From: Pseudomonadota bacterium
Lineage (GTDB): Bacteria > Desulfobacterota > Desulfobulbia > Desulfobulbales > Desulfocapsaceae
Direction: 5' to 3'
Assembly: GCA_043798185.1 (NCBI GenBank)
Contig: JAZDOW010000027.1
Coordinates: 26,586-90,585 of the forward strand
Length of the DNA stretch: 64,000 nt
Part shown: in pieces, positions 42,470 through 53,349 of the stretch
Numbering within the stretch: position 1 is the stretch's first letter
Layout: each line of letters starts with the position of its first letter
Position numbers and translations under genes: made by a program
The notes under the pieces: generated by a model
The model's input: only the letters and a program-made list of their open reading frames with translations
Told to the model about the DNA's origin: nothing
Database searches by the model: none

Positions 42470-42744
42470 TTGACACATACGACAGCACCGATCAGGCCAG
42501 TTGTCAAAAACCCAGTCTTATAGATATTCAAAGACACGAATAGCGTGTTGGTGATGAGAAAAGAAGATCCCAAAGGGTAGATTTCGTGTTTTTCGCAATA
42601 CGCTAAGGGTCTTGAGTATAGGGTTGTCAAATTCACTGATATCTTTAAAGAATATTTTTGATGTTCTGGTTGGGGTGGGTGGTGAGATACGTATCACCTG
42701 ACTTAAAAAAGAAGCATGAGTGCATATACTTTGAAAGGAAAAAA

Positions 42745-43620
42745 ATGAGCATTTTAATCAACTCAAAAACACGTGTTCTTGTTCAGGGCATTACAGGCAA
42801 AGAGGGTCAGTTCCATACTCAGCAGTGTATTGCATACGGCACCAAGGTAGTCGCTGGGGTAACGCCTGGAAAAGGCGGTCAGAAAATGGATGCGGTGCCG
42901 GTTTTCAATACCGTACAGGAGGCTCGAGACGAGACTGGAGCAAATGCAGCAATGATCCTGGTTCCCCCTCCTTTTGCAGCTGACGCCATTCTTGAGTCGA
43001 TTGATGCCGGAGTGGAGGTAATTGTCTGCATAACTGAAGGTGTACCTGTTATGGATATGCTCAGGGTAAAAAATTACCTTGCGACCAAGCCAAGCATCAG
43101 ACTGATTGGCCCGAATTGTCCCGGTATCATAACTCCCGGTGAATGCAAGATAGGTATCATGCCTGGAGCCATTCACACCCCGGGTGGACCAGTCGGCGTC
43201 GTTTCCCGTTCAGGAACCCTCACCTATGAAGTAGTGCACCAGTTGACCCAGGTTGGGTTGGGTCAGACAACGTGCGTCGGTATTGGTGGCGATCCGGTAA
43301 ATGGTACAGGCTTCATTGATTGTCTTAAGGCATTCAATGAGGATCCGGCAACCAAGGCTGTGGTAATGGTTGGAGAAATCGGTGGCAATGCCGAGGAGCA
43401 GGCTTCCGCGTGGATTAAAGCCAATATGAAAAAACCGGTGGTTGGCTTTATAGCTGGATTGACAGCACCCCCCGGTCGACGTATGGGGCATGCTGGTGCC
43501 ATTGTTAGTGGTGGACAGGGGACTGCCTCTGCCAAAATCGAAGCTATGCAAGAGTGCGGTATCTACGTGTGTAAAGATCTGGGCACTCTTGGCAAATTGT
43601 GCAAAGAAGTCTTTACTTGA
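42745..43620 (+). CDS. sucD: Succinyl-CoA ligase alpha subunit
   Basis: [30 protein letters not shown] (phospho-His). Confidence 0.97.
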   Translation: MSILINSKTRVLVQGITGKEGQFHTQQCIAYGTKVVAGVTPGKGGQKMDAVPVFNTVQEARDETGANAAMILVPPPFAADAILESIDAGVEVIVCITEGVPVMDMLRVKNYLATKPSIRLIGPNCPGIITPGECKIGIMPGAIHTPGGPVGVVSRSGTLTYEVVHQLTQVGLGQTTCVGIGGDPVNGTGFIDCLKAFNEDPATKAVVMVGEIGGNAEEQASAWIKANMKKPVVGFIAGLTAPPGRRMGHAGAIVSGGQGTASAKIEAMQECGIYVCKDLGTLGKLCKEVFT

Positions 43621-43786
43621 CCCTGACGACGGGACTCATTACAGTACCCCCCTTTCATGGAGTATGAGTCCCTGGGCGTACGCCTTAACACACTAGCAGG
43701 CGGAGAGGTGTCGGTGCAGGGGGCAATGTTCTGATTTTAACAGTGACGTCCTGAAAACACTGTGATTTTTCTTTCAAGGAGAGACT

Positions 43787-45337
43787 ATGAAGACTGATGA
43801 GCAACTTGAACATCTGAGAAAGCTCAGGGAAGAAGCCCGATTGGGTGGTGGTCAAAAGAGAATCGATAAACAACATGAAAAAGGTCTTATGACCGCCAGA
43901 GAGCGCATTGATTTGCTTTTGGACAAGGGTTCTTTCGAAGAATTCGATATGTTCAAGACCCATAGATGCAGAGATTTCGGCATGGACAAGCAGGTATTTC
44001 TGGGAGACGGTGTAGTAACTGGTCATGGCACCGTTGATGGTCGTATCGTTTATGTTTTTGCTCAGGATTTTACCGTGCTGGGTGGTTCCTTGTCGGAAAC
44101 ATTCGCAGAAAAAATATGCAAGATCATGGATCTCGCCATGAAAAATGGTGCTCCTGTGGTCGGATTGAACGACTCCGGTGGCGCACGTATCCAGGAGGGA
44201 ATTGAGAGTCTCGCCGGCTATTCGGAAATATTCCAACGTAATGTCATGGCTTCAGGAGTAGTTCCGCAGATCTCAGCGATTTTTGGTCCCTGTGCCGGCG
44301 GTGCGGTGTATTCGCCGGCTCTCACAGATTTTGTCATCATGGTCCAGAAGAAATCATATATGTTTCTTACCGGGCCGAAGGTCGTCAAGTCGGTAACCCA
44401 TGAAGATGTAAGCGAGGAAACCCTGGGTGGGGCGGCGATGCATGCCAGTCGGAGTGGGGTTGTTGATTATCCTGCCGGGTCGGGTGCTGATGCCATTGCT
44501 TATGTCCGAAGGTTGCTCTCCTTCCTGCCTCAGAATAACATGGAAAATCCTCCGGTAGTACCTTGCACCGATCCCGTTGATCGTGAGATTACTGCACTTA
44601 ACCAGATTATTCCTGAGAATCCCAATGCTGCCTACGATATGAAGGATGTAATACTTCAAACAGTGGACAATAATGATTTTTTTGAGGTTAAAGAAAACTT
44701 TGCTCCTAATCTTTTAGTTGGGTTTGCCCGGTATAATGGCATGAGTGTTGGGATAGTTGCCAATCAACCTGCGCATCTCTCCGGGGTCCTTGATATCGAC
44801 TCTTCAATAAAAGGGGCCAGATTTGTACGGTTTTGCGATTGTTTTAATATACCTGTTGTTACATTTGTCGATGTTCCCGGCTTCTTGCCGGGAACAGCCC
44901 AGGAGTTTGGTGGGGTGATACGTAACGGTGCAAAAATTCTTTATGCTTTTGCGGAAGCGACCATTCCCAAGGTAACCGTTATTACGAGAAAGGCGTATGG
45001 TGGAGCATACTGCGTCATGTCATCTAAACATTTACGCGGTGATATTAATTACGCTTGGCCCACCGCGGAAATTGCGGTAATGGGAGCAAAGGGTGCAGCC
45101 GGGGTTTTGTATGGGAAAGATGCGCAAAAAGCATCAGACCCAAGCGCATTTTTGGCCGAAAAAGAGCAGGAATACCAAGATGCAGTAGCAAACCCCTATG
45201 TTGCCGCTCAACGCGGTTATATTGATGATATCATCGAACCGTCGAAAACCCGGGCTAGAATAATAAGGTCATTGGGACTGCTCCAGAATAAGCGCGACAC
45301 AAATCCGATGAAGAAGCATGGCAATATACCTCTATAG
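43787..45337 (+). CDS. Acyl-CoA carboxyltransferase (PccB / transcarboxylase 12S-like)
   Basis: [51 protein letters not shown]. Confidence 0.93.
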   Translation: MKTDEQLEHLRKLREEARLGGGQKRIDKQHEKGLMTARERIDLLLDKGSFEEFDMFKTHRCRDFGMDKQVFLGDGVVTGHGTVDGRIVYVFAQDFTVLGGSLSETFAEKICKIMDLAMKNGAPVVGLNDSGGARIQEGIESLAGYSEIFQRNVMASGVVPQISAIFGPCAGGAVYSPALTDFVIMVQKKSYMFLTGPKVVKSVTHEDVSEETLGGAAMHASRSGVVDYPAGSGADAIAYVRRLLSFLPQNNMENPPVVPCTDPVDREITALNQIIPENPNAAYDMKDVILQTVDNNDFFEVKENFAPNLLVGFARYNGMSVGIVANQPAHLSGVLDIDSSIKGARFVRFCDCFNIPVVTFVDVPGFLPGTAQEFGGVIRNGAKILYAFAEATIPKVTVITRKAYGGAYCVMSSKHLRGDINYAWPTAEIAVMGAKGAAGVLYGKDAQKASDPSAFLAEKEQEYQDAVANPYVAAQRGYIDDIIEPSKTRARIIRSLGLLQNKRDTNPMKKHGNIPL

Positions 45338-45376
45338 TTTATCGAACAAAAATTTGTGTATTATTAGGAGATTTAC

Positions 45377-45661
45377 ATGACAGTTAAGATTTTTATTAAA
45401 CGAAAGGTGCAGGTTACTAATGCTGTCGAATTGACACTCCTCCTCAAAAAATTACGGGCACTCACCCTGGAGCAGCCTGGCTATATATCTGGGGAGACCT
45501 TAAATAGAATAGACAAAAAAGATGAGTGTATGGTGGTAAGTACCTGGCGTTCGGTAGGAGACTGGAATGCTTGGGTGAATGACCCCAAACGCATTGAGGT
45601 TCAATCGGCTATCGATAGGCTTCTGGGTGAGGAAACAGAATATGCCATGTATAACGCCTAG
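45377..45661 (+). CDS. Antibiotic biosynthesis monooxygenase (ABM)-fold protein
   Basis: QPGYISGETL, VVSTWRSVGDWNAW; AGGAG SD. Confidence 0.8.
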   Translation: MTVKIFIKRKVQVTNAVELTLLLKKLRALTLEQPGYISGETLNRIDKKDECMVVSTWRSVGDWNAWVNDPKRIEVQSAIDRLLGEETEYAMYNA

Positions 45662-45762
45662 AATCTTATTGTTGAATAGCAGTATTCTGCATTTTTATGC
45701 CGCTCAAGGTACTGTGCCTTGTGTATCGAGATGCGAGGTTAACATAATTTAAGGGTGATGTG

Positions 45763-45969
45763 ATGGCAGGTCAAAGAAAGAAAGTGGCTGCCGCCCTGGC
45801 TGCCGTGAGTCTCTATCTGCAACAGGAGGAAGCCATGGCGGCGCAAGAGCTGCAAGCGTCTCTCATGAAACCTGTGAGTTTCGATTATAGCCAGTGGGGA
45901 CAGAGTGGCCGGCAGGAGATGATGGCCATGCGGAAATTAATCCAGCTGAGAGCGTTTACGCGCTTTTAA
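45763..45969 (+). CDS. Small carboxyltransferase accessory subunit (epsilon / MmdD-C-terminal-like)
   Basis: VAAALAAV helix and SQWGQSGR motif; operon position. Confidence 0.6.
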   Translation: MAGQRKKVAAALAAVSLYLQQEEAMAAQELQASLMKPVSFDYSQWGQSGRQEMMAMRKLIQLRAFTRF

Positions 45970-46005
45970 TAGCATCAATTGTTAATGATGAAGGAGACAC
46001 ATACA

Positions 46006-47976
46006 ATGAGCGATCAAGTGAAGATGACCCCGTTGAACTATGCCGCGGACCGGCCAAAGGCCAAGAATCCGGTGAAGATAATGGATCTGTCCCTGCGCGA
46101 CGGCCATCAATCCCTTTTCGCTACCCGTGGGCGTACAGAGGATATGATTCCGGTAGCCGAACTGATGGATGAGGTTGGTTTTTGGGCAATCGAGACCTGG
46201 GGCGGAGCCACTTTCGATACCATGCACCGCTTTCTCAATGAGGATCCTTGGGAGCGCTTGCGTGTCTTAAAACGATATATTAAAAAGACCCCTTTTTCCA
46301 TGCTGCTGCGAGCTCAGAATCTTGTGGGTTACCGTAACTACGCAGACGATCTGGCCTTTGCCTTTGTAGAGCGTGCTGCGGAAAACGGTATGGATATTTT
46401 TAGGACTTTCGATGCGTTAAACGACTATCGCAACTTTGAGACGGTGGTAAAACAGATTAAAAAGAGTGGCAAACATTTTCAAGGTTGTATCTGTTATACC
46501 CTTACTGAGCCACGCCTTGGTGGTGAGGTATACAATCTCGATTATTATACCGATAGAGCCAAATCTCTGGAGTCAATGGGTGCGGATTCCGTTTGTATCA
46601 AAGATATGGCCGGACTGTTAGCCCCCTATGATGCCTATCCGCTTATTAAGGCTCTTAAAAAAGCGGTGAGCATACCCATTCACTTGCACAGCCATTTCAC
46701 CTCAGGTATGTCGCCAATGACGCACCTCAAGGCCATTGAAGCAGGGGTTGACATTATCGATACCTGCATGACACCCTATGCCTACAGAACTTCACATGCG
46801 GCCGTGGAGCCTTTGGTCATGGCGCTCTTGGGCACCAATCGCGACACTGGTTTTGATATCAAGAAGCTTGCTGAAATTAATGAGATATTTGAAAAAGAGG
46901 TGATGCCGAAATACAAACATCTCCTCGATGATTCAAAGGTTTCAATTATTGATATTAATGTACTGTTGCACCAGACTCCTGGAGGAATGTTGTCTAACCT
47001 GGTCAATCAATTGAGGGAAATGGACGCCCTGGACAAAATTGACGAGGTGTATAAGGAGCTGCCACGGGTTCGAAAAGATCTTGGCCAAATCCCCCTAGTT
47101 ACCCCAACAAGCCAGATAGTTGGGGTGCAGACAGTCAATAATGTTTTGCATGACACCCCCGGCGAGCGTTACAAGATGATTACCGGACAGGTCAAGGATC
47201 TCTGCTATGGTCTGTACGGCAAAACTGCTGTACCTATTAATGCAGAACTGCAGGCAAAAGCACTTAAAGGTTATCCTCGGGGAGAAACACCGATTACTTG
47301 TCGACCTGCAGAAGTTCTGGAACCGGAGTTGGCAAAAGCGAAGGCTGAGATTGGTGATCTGGCAGCTGATATGGACGATCTCATTCTTTACGCCCAGTTT
47401 CCTGTTACCGGCAAGAAATTTCTTGAGTGGAAGTATGGCAAAGCTGAGGTACCTGCAAGTGTGAAGCCGATCACCATTGAAGAGGTTAAGAAAAAAGATG
47501 AGCTTGTTAAAAAGGCCTTGGCCGGCAAACTTGTTGAGGTAAAACAGGTTGAAAAGCCGCTGAAGTCGCAGGCGGTTAGAACTTTTAATGTTTTCGTTGA
47601 TGATGAATATTTTGCAGTCGAGGTAGATCCCACTGGAAACACTCATCTTGTATCTGCTCCTCAGCCAGCTGCCGCAGCCCCAGTGTCCGCTCCGGTTGCT
47701 CCCCCTGCTTCAATGAAGGCACCGGCTCCTGCCCCTGCTCCGGAACCTGTCCACCAGGGAGAAGGAACAGTACTTCTTGCACCGATGCCCGGGATGATTA
47801 TTAAATATACGGTAAAGGTTGGAGATACTGTGAAAAAAGGAGACGCCATTGTTATCCTTGAAGCTATGAAGATGGAAAACGCACTTACCGCTCCCTGTGA
47901 CGGGAAGATTCAGTGCATCAAGTTTGCAAGTGGTGACACGGTGGCAAAAGGTGCCGTTCTCTGTGTGATCGAATAA
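46006..47976 (+). CDS. Pyruvate/oxaloacetate carboxyltransferase fused to biotin carrier (PycB / transcarboxylase 5S+1.3S-like)
   Basis: LRDGHQSL, WGGATFD, IKDMAG, HLHSH, PGGMLSNL, A/P linker, EAMKM. Confidence 0.92.
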   Translation: MSDQVKMTPLNYAADRPKAKNPVKIMDLSLRDGHQSLFATRGRTEDMIPVAELMDEVGFWAIETWGGATFDTMHRFLNEDPWERLRVLKRYIKKTPFSMLLRAQNLVGYRNYADDLAFAFVERAAENGMDIFRTFDALNDYRNFETVVKQIKKSGKHFQGCICYTLTEPRLGGEVYNLDYYTDRAKSLESMGADSVCIKDMAGLLAPYDAYPLIKALKKAVSIPIHLHSHFTSGMSPMTHLKAIEAGVDIIDTCMTPYAYRTSHAAVEPLVMALLGTNRDTGFDIKKLAEINEIFEKEVMPKYKHLLDDSKVSIIDINVLLHQTPGGMLSNLVNQLREMDALDKIDEVYKELPRVRKDLGQIPLVTPTSQIVGVQTVNNVLHDTPGERYKMITGQVKDLCYGLYGKTAVPINAELQAKALKGYPRGETPITCRPAEVLEPELAKAKAEIGDLAADMDDLILYAQFPVTGKKFLEWKYGKAEVPASVKPITIEEVKKKDELVKKALAGKLVEVKQVEKPLKSQAVRTFNVFVDDEYFAVEVDPTGNTHLVSAPQPAAAAPVSAPVAPPASMKAPAPAPAPEPVHQGEGTVLLAPMPGMIIKYTVKVGDTVKKGDAIVILEAMKMENALTAPCDGKIQCIKFASGDTVAKGAVLCVIE

Positions 47977-47985
47977 CTATTTGAT

Positions 47986-48028
47986 ATGGGGCACGAGATC
48001 TTCCTTGTAGGGTCTTGTGTCCTATATA
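47986..48028 (+). terminator. GU-rich stem-loop after the carboxyltransferase gene
   Basis: ATATGGGGCACGAGATC ... GGTCTTGTGTCCTATAT; no strong U-tract. Confidence 0.45.
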
Positions 48029-48088
48029 ACTCCCTGATTGTTTTGAGGTTTGAAAATCGAGCCTGTTCTTATAATGGGGTGAGTTTTA

Positions 48089-48598
48089 ATGATGATAAAA
48101 GAGCTGAATGGTCATACTCCAAAGTTCGGTACGGATTGTTTCCTGGCTGAAAATGCAGTTGTCGTAGGCGATGTGGAGATGGGTGATCAGTGCAGTGTCT
48201 GGTATAATGCGGTGATTCGGGGGGATGTTCACTATATTCGTATGGGAAATAAAGTGAATATTCAGGATGGTGCCATAGTGCACTGCACATATAAGAAATC
48301 ACCGATCAATATCGGCAATAACGTCTCAGTTGGACATAATGCCATCGTACATGGTTGCACCATTCACGATAATGTTCTTGTGGGAATGGGGGCGATTGTC
48401 ATGGATGATTGTGTGGTTGAAAGCAATACAATCATCGCTGCCGGGGCCGTTGTCACCCAAGGCACAAGGGTAGAGGCAGGGACGATTTATGCCGGTGTGC
48501 CCGCCAGAAAGGTTAAGGACATTAGTGGAGACCAGGCTTCCGGCGAAATTGAAAAAATAGCGAATAACTACGTTAAATATGCCGGCTGGTATAAATAG
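48089..48598 (+). CDS. Gamma carbonic anhydrase family (YrdA/PaaY-like) protein
   Basis: IRGD, NIQDG..VH, GHNAIVHGC hexapeptide repeats with three His ligands. Confidence 0.92.
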   Translation: MMIKELNGHTPKFGTDCFLAENAVVVGDVEMGDQCSVWYNAVIRGDVHYIRMGNKVNIQDGAIVHCTYKKSPINIGNNVSVGHNAIVHGCTIHDNVLVGMGAIVMDDCVVESNTIIAAGAVVTQGTRVEAGTIYAGVPARKVKDISGDQASGEIEKIANNYVKYAGWYK

Positions 48599-48605
48599 CT
48601 GGTGT

Positions 48606-49610
48606 CTAGCAGGGCTTTCTCTGTTTTCCTCCTTGGTTATATAAAAAGGTAAGTAGGCTGTCGGCAGCCGCCGTAGGGGAGGTCTTCTCTCCTTCAACGT
48701 TCATTCTTAGTTTGGGCAGGGCCTCGCGCACATAAGGGTTGGTGTAAAACCACTGGCGTAACCCTTCATCGAGGAGGAAAGCCATCCAGTCGAGGGCCTG
48801 TGTTCTCCGTTTTTCCGACATTTCACCGCTGACAGTCAATTTGTTGCGATGGTCTGAGATAGTCTCCCAGATTTTATCAATGCCGCTGCTTTCCACTGCA
48901 CTGCAGGTGAGAACAGGAGGACTCCAGGTTTCGCTGTTAGGCATGAGCATGTGCAATGCGGTCTGATATTCCTTGCGAGCAATTTCAGCCCGTAACTGAT
49001 TGTCACCATCGGCTTTATTGATGACAATTGCGTCGGCCACTTCAAGCACACCTTTTTTTATTCCCTGGAGTTCGTCCCCAGCCCCGGCAATCATCAATAC
49101 TAGGAAAAAATCAACCATGGAGGCGACAGTAGTCTCCGATTGGCCAACTCCTACAGTTTCAATTATCACCACATCATATCCTGCTGCTTCGCAGACAAGC
49201 ATCGTTTCACGGGTTTTCCTGCCGACACCGCCGAGTGTTCCACTTGAGGGAGACGGGCGAATAAAGGCGTTTGGATCGACAGCCAACCGTTCCATGCGTG
49301 TTTTATCACCTAGGATACTGCCGCCGCTGCGACTGCTGCTAGGATCTATGGCGAGGACTGCGACTCGGTGTCCGAGGCCGGTGAGCATTGTTCCAAAAGT
49401 TTCAATAAACGTACTTTTCCCAGCACCTGGAACGCCGGTAATGCCTATGCGAGAACCTTTGCCGGTATAAGGCAGGAGCCTGTCAACTATGGTTCGTGCA
49501 AGGTCCTGATGCGCAGGGAGAGTACTTTCGATAAGGGTGATGGTTCGGGCGAGAGTCAGACGATCTTGATTGAGAACGCCAGTAACATAGTGCTGAGGAT
49601 CATTTATCAT
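48606..49610 (-). CDS. meaB: Methylmalonyl-CoA mutase-associated GTPase
   Basis: GITGVPGAGKST, GGSILGDKTRM, ETVGVGQSE, GDELQGIKKG, NKAD. Confidence 0.95.
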   Translation of the reverse strand: MINDPQHYVTGVLNQDRLTLARTITLIESTLPAHQDLARTIVDRLLPYTGKGSRIGITGVPGAGKSTFIETFGTMLTGLGHRVAVLAIDPSSSRSGGSILGDKTRMERLAVDPNAFIRPSPSSGTLGGVGRKTRETMLVCEAAGYDVVIIETVGVGQSETTVASMVDFFLVLMIAGAGDELQGIKKGVLEVADAIVINKADGDNQLRAEIARKEYQTALHMLMPNSETWSPPVLTCSAVESSGIDKIWETISDHRNKLTVSGEMSEKRRTQALDWMAFLLDEGLRQWFYTNPYVREALPKLRMNVEGEKTSPTAAADSLLTFLYNQGGKQRKPC

Positions 49611-49712
49611 CGAACAAGCATATGGTTGAGGAGGTCATTGCCTAATTGAAAAACATGCAATGCGCGGCGATCAGAGAGACCGCCGCGCCGGCCATAAAGA
49701 AATACACAGCTT

Positions 49713-51854
49713 TTATTTGAGATATTTTTCTTCCAGCAAGGTTAGTGTTTTGTCGGCTGATTCAGGGATGGGCGTCCCCGGTCCGAAAACCGCCTTTACT
49801 CCAGCCTTGTAGAGGAATTCATAGTCTCCTGGAGGGATAACGCCGCCAGCTACGACAAGAATCTCACCCCCACCTATTTTTTTCAGTTCTTCAATCAGGG
49901 CAGGGATAAGAGACTTGTGTCCGGCTGCAAGACTTGAAGCGCCAACGACATGAACGTCGTTTTCAATTGCCATCTTCGCTGCTTCTTCAGGGGTCTGAAA
50001 CATCGGGCTGATATCAACATCAAAGCCGAGGTCGGCGTAGGCGCTGGCAACAACTTTGAAGCCACGATCATGGCCATCCTGGCCCATTTTTGTAACCAAA
50101 AGACGTGGTCGCCTGCCCTGTTTTTCGAGAAATGCGGTGGTCCGTTGTTTTATTGAGGTGATGATATTGTTGTCTCCTTTGTACTCGGAAGAGTAGGCAC
50201 CGGAGATACACCGGGTTGTGGCGACAAAGCGGCCAAATACCGATTCCATGGCTGTGGAAATCTCTCCAACTGTGGCCCTTGCACGGACCGCAGGGAGTGC
50301 GGCTTCAAGTAAATTTCCACCGTTTTTCGCGGCATTGGTGAGGTCGGCAAGTGCTCTTTCGACCGTGGCTTTATCGCGGCTGGCTTTAATTTCATTGATG
50401 CGGGTAATTTGCTCATCACGAACCGTAGCTGGAACTTCACGAACCTCGAAATCAATTTTTTCGTTGGAGAGTTTGTATTTGTTGACACCGACTATAACAT
50501 CAAGACCCTGATCGATGCGGGCCTGTTTTCTCGCAGCGGATTCCTCGATACGCATTTTCGGCATACCGCTCTCGATGGCTTTGGCCATTCCGCCAAGTTC
50601 TTCTATTTCATTAATTATTTTCTGTGATTCGTTAATAATACTGTTAGTCAACGATTCGAGATAGTAGGAACCACCCAAGGGATCAATGACATGACAGATC
50701 TGGGATTCTTCCTGAACAATAATCTGGGTGTTGCGGGCAATGCGGGCGGAAAAATCGGTGGGCAGGCCAATAGCCTCATCGAAGGAATTGGTATGCAGAG
50801 ATTGGGTGCCGCCAAGTGCTGCGGTCATGGCCTCAAGAGTAGTCCGAATAATATTGTTGTATGGATCCTGCTCGGTGAGACTCCACCCCGAGGTTTGGCA
50901 ATGGGTGCGGAGCATGGAAGACTTGGCATTCTTTGGGTTAAACTGGCTCATAAGCCGATACCAAAGGAACCTTGCAGCACGGAGCATGGCAATATCCATG
51001 AAGAAATTCATGCCGATGCCGAAAAAGAAAGAAAGCCTCGGGGCAAAGGTGTCAACATCCATGCCGCTTTTCAAAGCCGCTTTGACATATTCGACGCCAT
51101 CAGCCAGGGTAAAGGCGGTCTGCAAAACGCTATTGGCACCGGCTTCCATCATGTGGTAGCCGCTGATGCTGATGGTGTTGTATTTGGGCATTTCTTTGGA
51201 GCAATAGGCCATAATGTCGGAGATTATCCGCATCGATGGGGTGGGGGGATAAATGTAGGTGTTTCTGGTGAGGTACTCTTTAAGAATGTCATTCTGGATG
51301 GTACCTTCCAATTTATCATGACTGACACCCTGTTCTTCGGCGGCAACAATATAGCCTGCGAGTATGGGTATAACCGCGCCGTTCATGGTCATCGATACCG
51401 ACATCTGATCAAGAGGAATTCCGTTGAAAAGTATTTTCATGTCTTCAACAGAATCGATGGCAACACCGGCTTTGCCGATATCTCCGGCAACACGCGGATG
51501 ATCGGAATCATAGCCTCTGTGGGTTGCCAGGTCGAAGGCGACCGACAAACCTTTTTGACCGGCGGCCAGAGCCTTATGGTAAAAGGCATTCGATTCTTTG
51601 GCGGTTGAAAAGCCGGCATACTGGCGAATGGTCCAAGGTCGCCCGGTATACATAGTGGCCATGGGGCCCCGGACATAAGGGGCAATGCCGGGCAGAGTGT
51701 TGGCCGACTCCATGCCTTCAAGGTCTTCGGCGGTATAAAGAGGTTTGACTTTAATTCCTTCCGGGGTCATCCATGAAAGAGTCTCGACGGATTTGCCCTT
51801 CATTTGCTTTTCAGCAATTTCTGTCCATTTAGGTAGTTGTGGATGTTGTGCCAT
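49713..51854 (-). CDS. scpA: Methylmalonyl-CoA mutase
   Basis: [41 protein letters not shown]12-binding motif, SSLAAGH. Confidence 0.97.
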   Translation of the reverse strand: MAQHPQLPKWTEIAEKQMKGKSVETLSWMTPEGIKVKPLYTAEDLEGMESANTLPGIAPYVRGPMATMYTGRPWTIRQYAGFSTAKESNAFYHKALAAGQKGLSVAFDLATHRGYDSDHPRVAGDIGKAGVAIDSVEDMKILFNGIPLDQMSVSMTMNGAVIPILAGYIVAAEEQGVSHDKLEGTIQNDILKEYLTRNTYIYPPTPSMRIISDIMAYCSKEMPKYNTISISGYHMMEAGANSVLQTAFTLADGVEYVKAALKSGMDVDTFAPRLSFFFGIGMNFFMDIAMLRAARFLWYRLMSQFNPKNAKSSMLRTHCQTSGWSLTEQDPYNNIIRTTLEAMTAALGGTQSLHTNSFDEAIGLPTDFSARIARNTQIIVQEESQICHVIDPLGGSYYLESLTNSIINESQKIINEIEELGGMAKAIESGMPKMRIEESAARKQARIDQGLDVIVGVNKYKLSNEKIDFEVREVPATVRDEQITRINEIKASRDKATVERALADLTNAAKNGGNLLEAALPAVRARATVGEISTAMESVFGRFVATTRCISGAYSSEYKGDNNIITSIKQRTTAFLEKQGRRPRLLVTKMGQDGHDRGFKVVASAYADLGFDVDISPMFQTPEEAAKMAIENDVHVVGASSLAAGHKSLIPALIEELKKIGGGEILVVAGGVIPPGDYEFLYKAGVKAVFGPGTPIPESADKTLTLLEEKYLK

Positions 51855-51914
51855 GTGTAACTCCTTGTCTATCGGTAGATCGTGTCCATGAAGGATGATG
51901 AATACAGAGGGGGA

Positions 51915-52316
51915 TTAACGTTCACAGAGTTCAACCAAGACACCGCCAGTGGCCTTGGGGTGTAAAAAGGCAATTTTCGCACCTCCTGCGCCAATGCGCG
52001 GTTGCTGGTCGATGAGTTGGATACCCTTTTCCTTGAGTTCTTTTAAAGCAGCTTCAATATTTGCAACGCGAAAGGCGACATGTTGAAATCCAGTACCCTT
52101 TTTTTCAATAAATTTTGCCACAGGGCCATCGGGTGAGGTCGATTCAAGAAGTTCTACTTCACTTTCACCGACAGGGAAAAAGGCCGTGGTAACCTTTTGG
52201 GTTTCTACAGTTTCAGCGCCTTCGAACTTGAGCCCGAGAATTTCGGACCAGAAACTTTTTCCGTCATCAATACTATTGACAGCTATTCCGAGGTGATCAA
52301 TCTTGAGTATCTCCAT
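51915..52316 (-). CDS. mce: Methylmalonyl-CoA epimerase
   Basis: IDHLGIAV, VELLE, HVAFRV, FLHPKATGGVLVEL. Confidence 0.96.
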   Translation of the reverse strand: MEILKIDHLGIAVNSIDDGKSFWSEILGLKFEGAETVETQKVTTAFFPVGESEVELLESTSPDGPVAKFIEKKGTGFQHVAFRVANIEAALKELKEKGIQLIDQQPRIGAGGAKIAFLHPKATGGVLVELCER

Positions 52317-52382
52317 GGTGTTCCTCCAATGGGTCAGAGTTGTTGCCCTTAGGGCGTTATAAAGCTGTGTGTTCGGTTATTT

Positions 52383-53003
52383 TCACATATCATTGGGTGT
52401 TTTTCCCAGTTGATGTTTTTGATGGTTGACCATTCCTTGCCAGACCATTTCGAACATAATATTGGCCTGTTCGGCAAGGCTGTCCTTTTTGCCGCGAAGA
52501 ATCCACATAAAAAAACTGCGTTGGACAAAGCCCATAAGAAAGTCAAGGAGCGTCCCGGCTCGCACCTGGGGGTTGAGAATACCTTCTTTTTGTCCTTGAC
52601 GGAGAACATCGATCATTAGCGACATCATTCTGGGCTGGTCGAATGTTTCGTCAGCCATCCAGGTTTTCATCGGTAGGGTCATGAAAACAATTCTACCAAG
52701 GCCTTCGTGTCTTTCGTAGTAGTCAAGCTGCAGCCAGAAAACCTTACGTAGCTTTTCCTTTAGATTTTCGATGCCCTGTAGATGATCGACAATACGGTCG
52801 GTTAACTTACCCATCCAGATATCGACGAAGGCGAAGACCAAACGTTCCTTGCTGCCGTAATGCTTGTAGATGGTAGTAAAGCTGACACCGGCTTTGGCGG
52901 CGATGTCACGAATGGATGCCCTGTGGAAGTCGGATTCGGAAAATATTTCCAACACAGCCTTTTCAAGTCTTGCATGGATGTCGCCACTCAATTCGTCTGA
53001 CAT
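52383..53003 (-). CDS. TetR family regulator (paralog 1)
   Basis: ASIRDIAAKAGVSFTTIYKHYGSKE HTH; start at ATG 53003 by alignment with paralog 2. Confidence 0.9.
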   Translation of the reverse strand: MSDELSGDIHARLEKAVLEIFSESDFHRASIRDIAAKAGVSFTTIYKHYGSKERLVFAFVDIWMGKLTDRIVDHLQGIENLKEKLRKVFWLQLDYYERHEGLGRIVFMTLPMKTWMADETFDQPRMMSLMIDVLRQGQKEGILNPQVRAGTLLDFLMGFVQRSFFMWILRGKKDSLAEQANIMFEMVWQGMVNHQKHQLGKTPNDM

Positions 53004-53009
53004 TGTTAC
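52997..53009. promoter_or_regulatory. Putative TetR operator overlapping the tetR1 start codon
   Basis: CTGACATTGTTAC (11/13). Confidence 0.45.
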
Positions 53010-53184
53010 CGTCCTGTGATCATTTGGTTTTTTTATTACGTATGGAACGGCCACTTTGAAAAATCCACTTGTTTGAACTTGGAAATGTTGTTTATGCGTA
53101 TAAGTGTTTTTCTTAGAATATATATATAACTATATGAAATAAAATGAATAAAAATAACAATAAAATAAAAAACAATCATTTTAA

Positions 53185-53197
53185 GTAACAACGTTAC
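53185..53197. promoter_or_regulatory. Putative TetR operator upstream of tetR1-mce-scpA-meaB
   Basis: GTAACAACGTTAC, just downstream of minus-strand TTGAAA-N17-TAAAAC. Confidence 0.65.
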
Positions 53198-53298
53198 TCG
53201 GATTTGTTTTAATGTATCGTTTCATTCTTTTCAAGAAAAAACGTCTTCGGTCAAAATATTTAAGGGAAAACTTGCGCCAGGTTTATGAGAAACCATTG

Positions 53299-53341
53299 CT
53301 CCGTGAGGTACCTATTATTACCTGCGGGGGTCTTACGGAGC
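53299..53341 (-). terminator. Stem-loop after mmdB
   Basis: GCTCCGTGAG ... CTTACGGAGC inverted repeat immediately after the stop codon. Confidence 0.5.
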
Positions 53342-53349
53342 AGGTTCTT

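Noticed and set aside
50691-51608. 305-aa plus-strand ORF
   Set aside because: Antisense shadow of methylmalonyl-CoA mutase
53004-53349. Cobalamin riboswitch upstream of the mutase operon
   Set aside because: No GGGAA...GCCACTG-type core seen; the region is simple AT-rich promoter DNA
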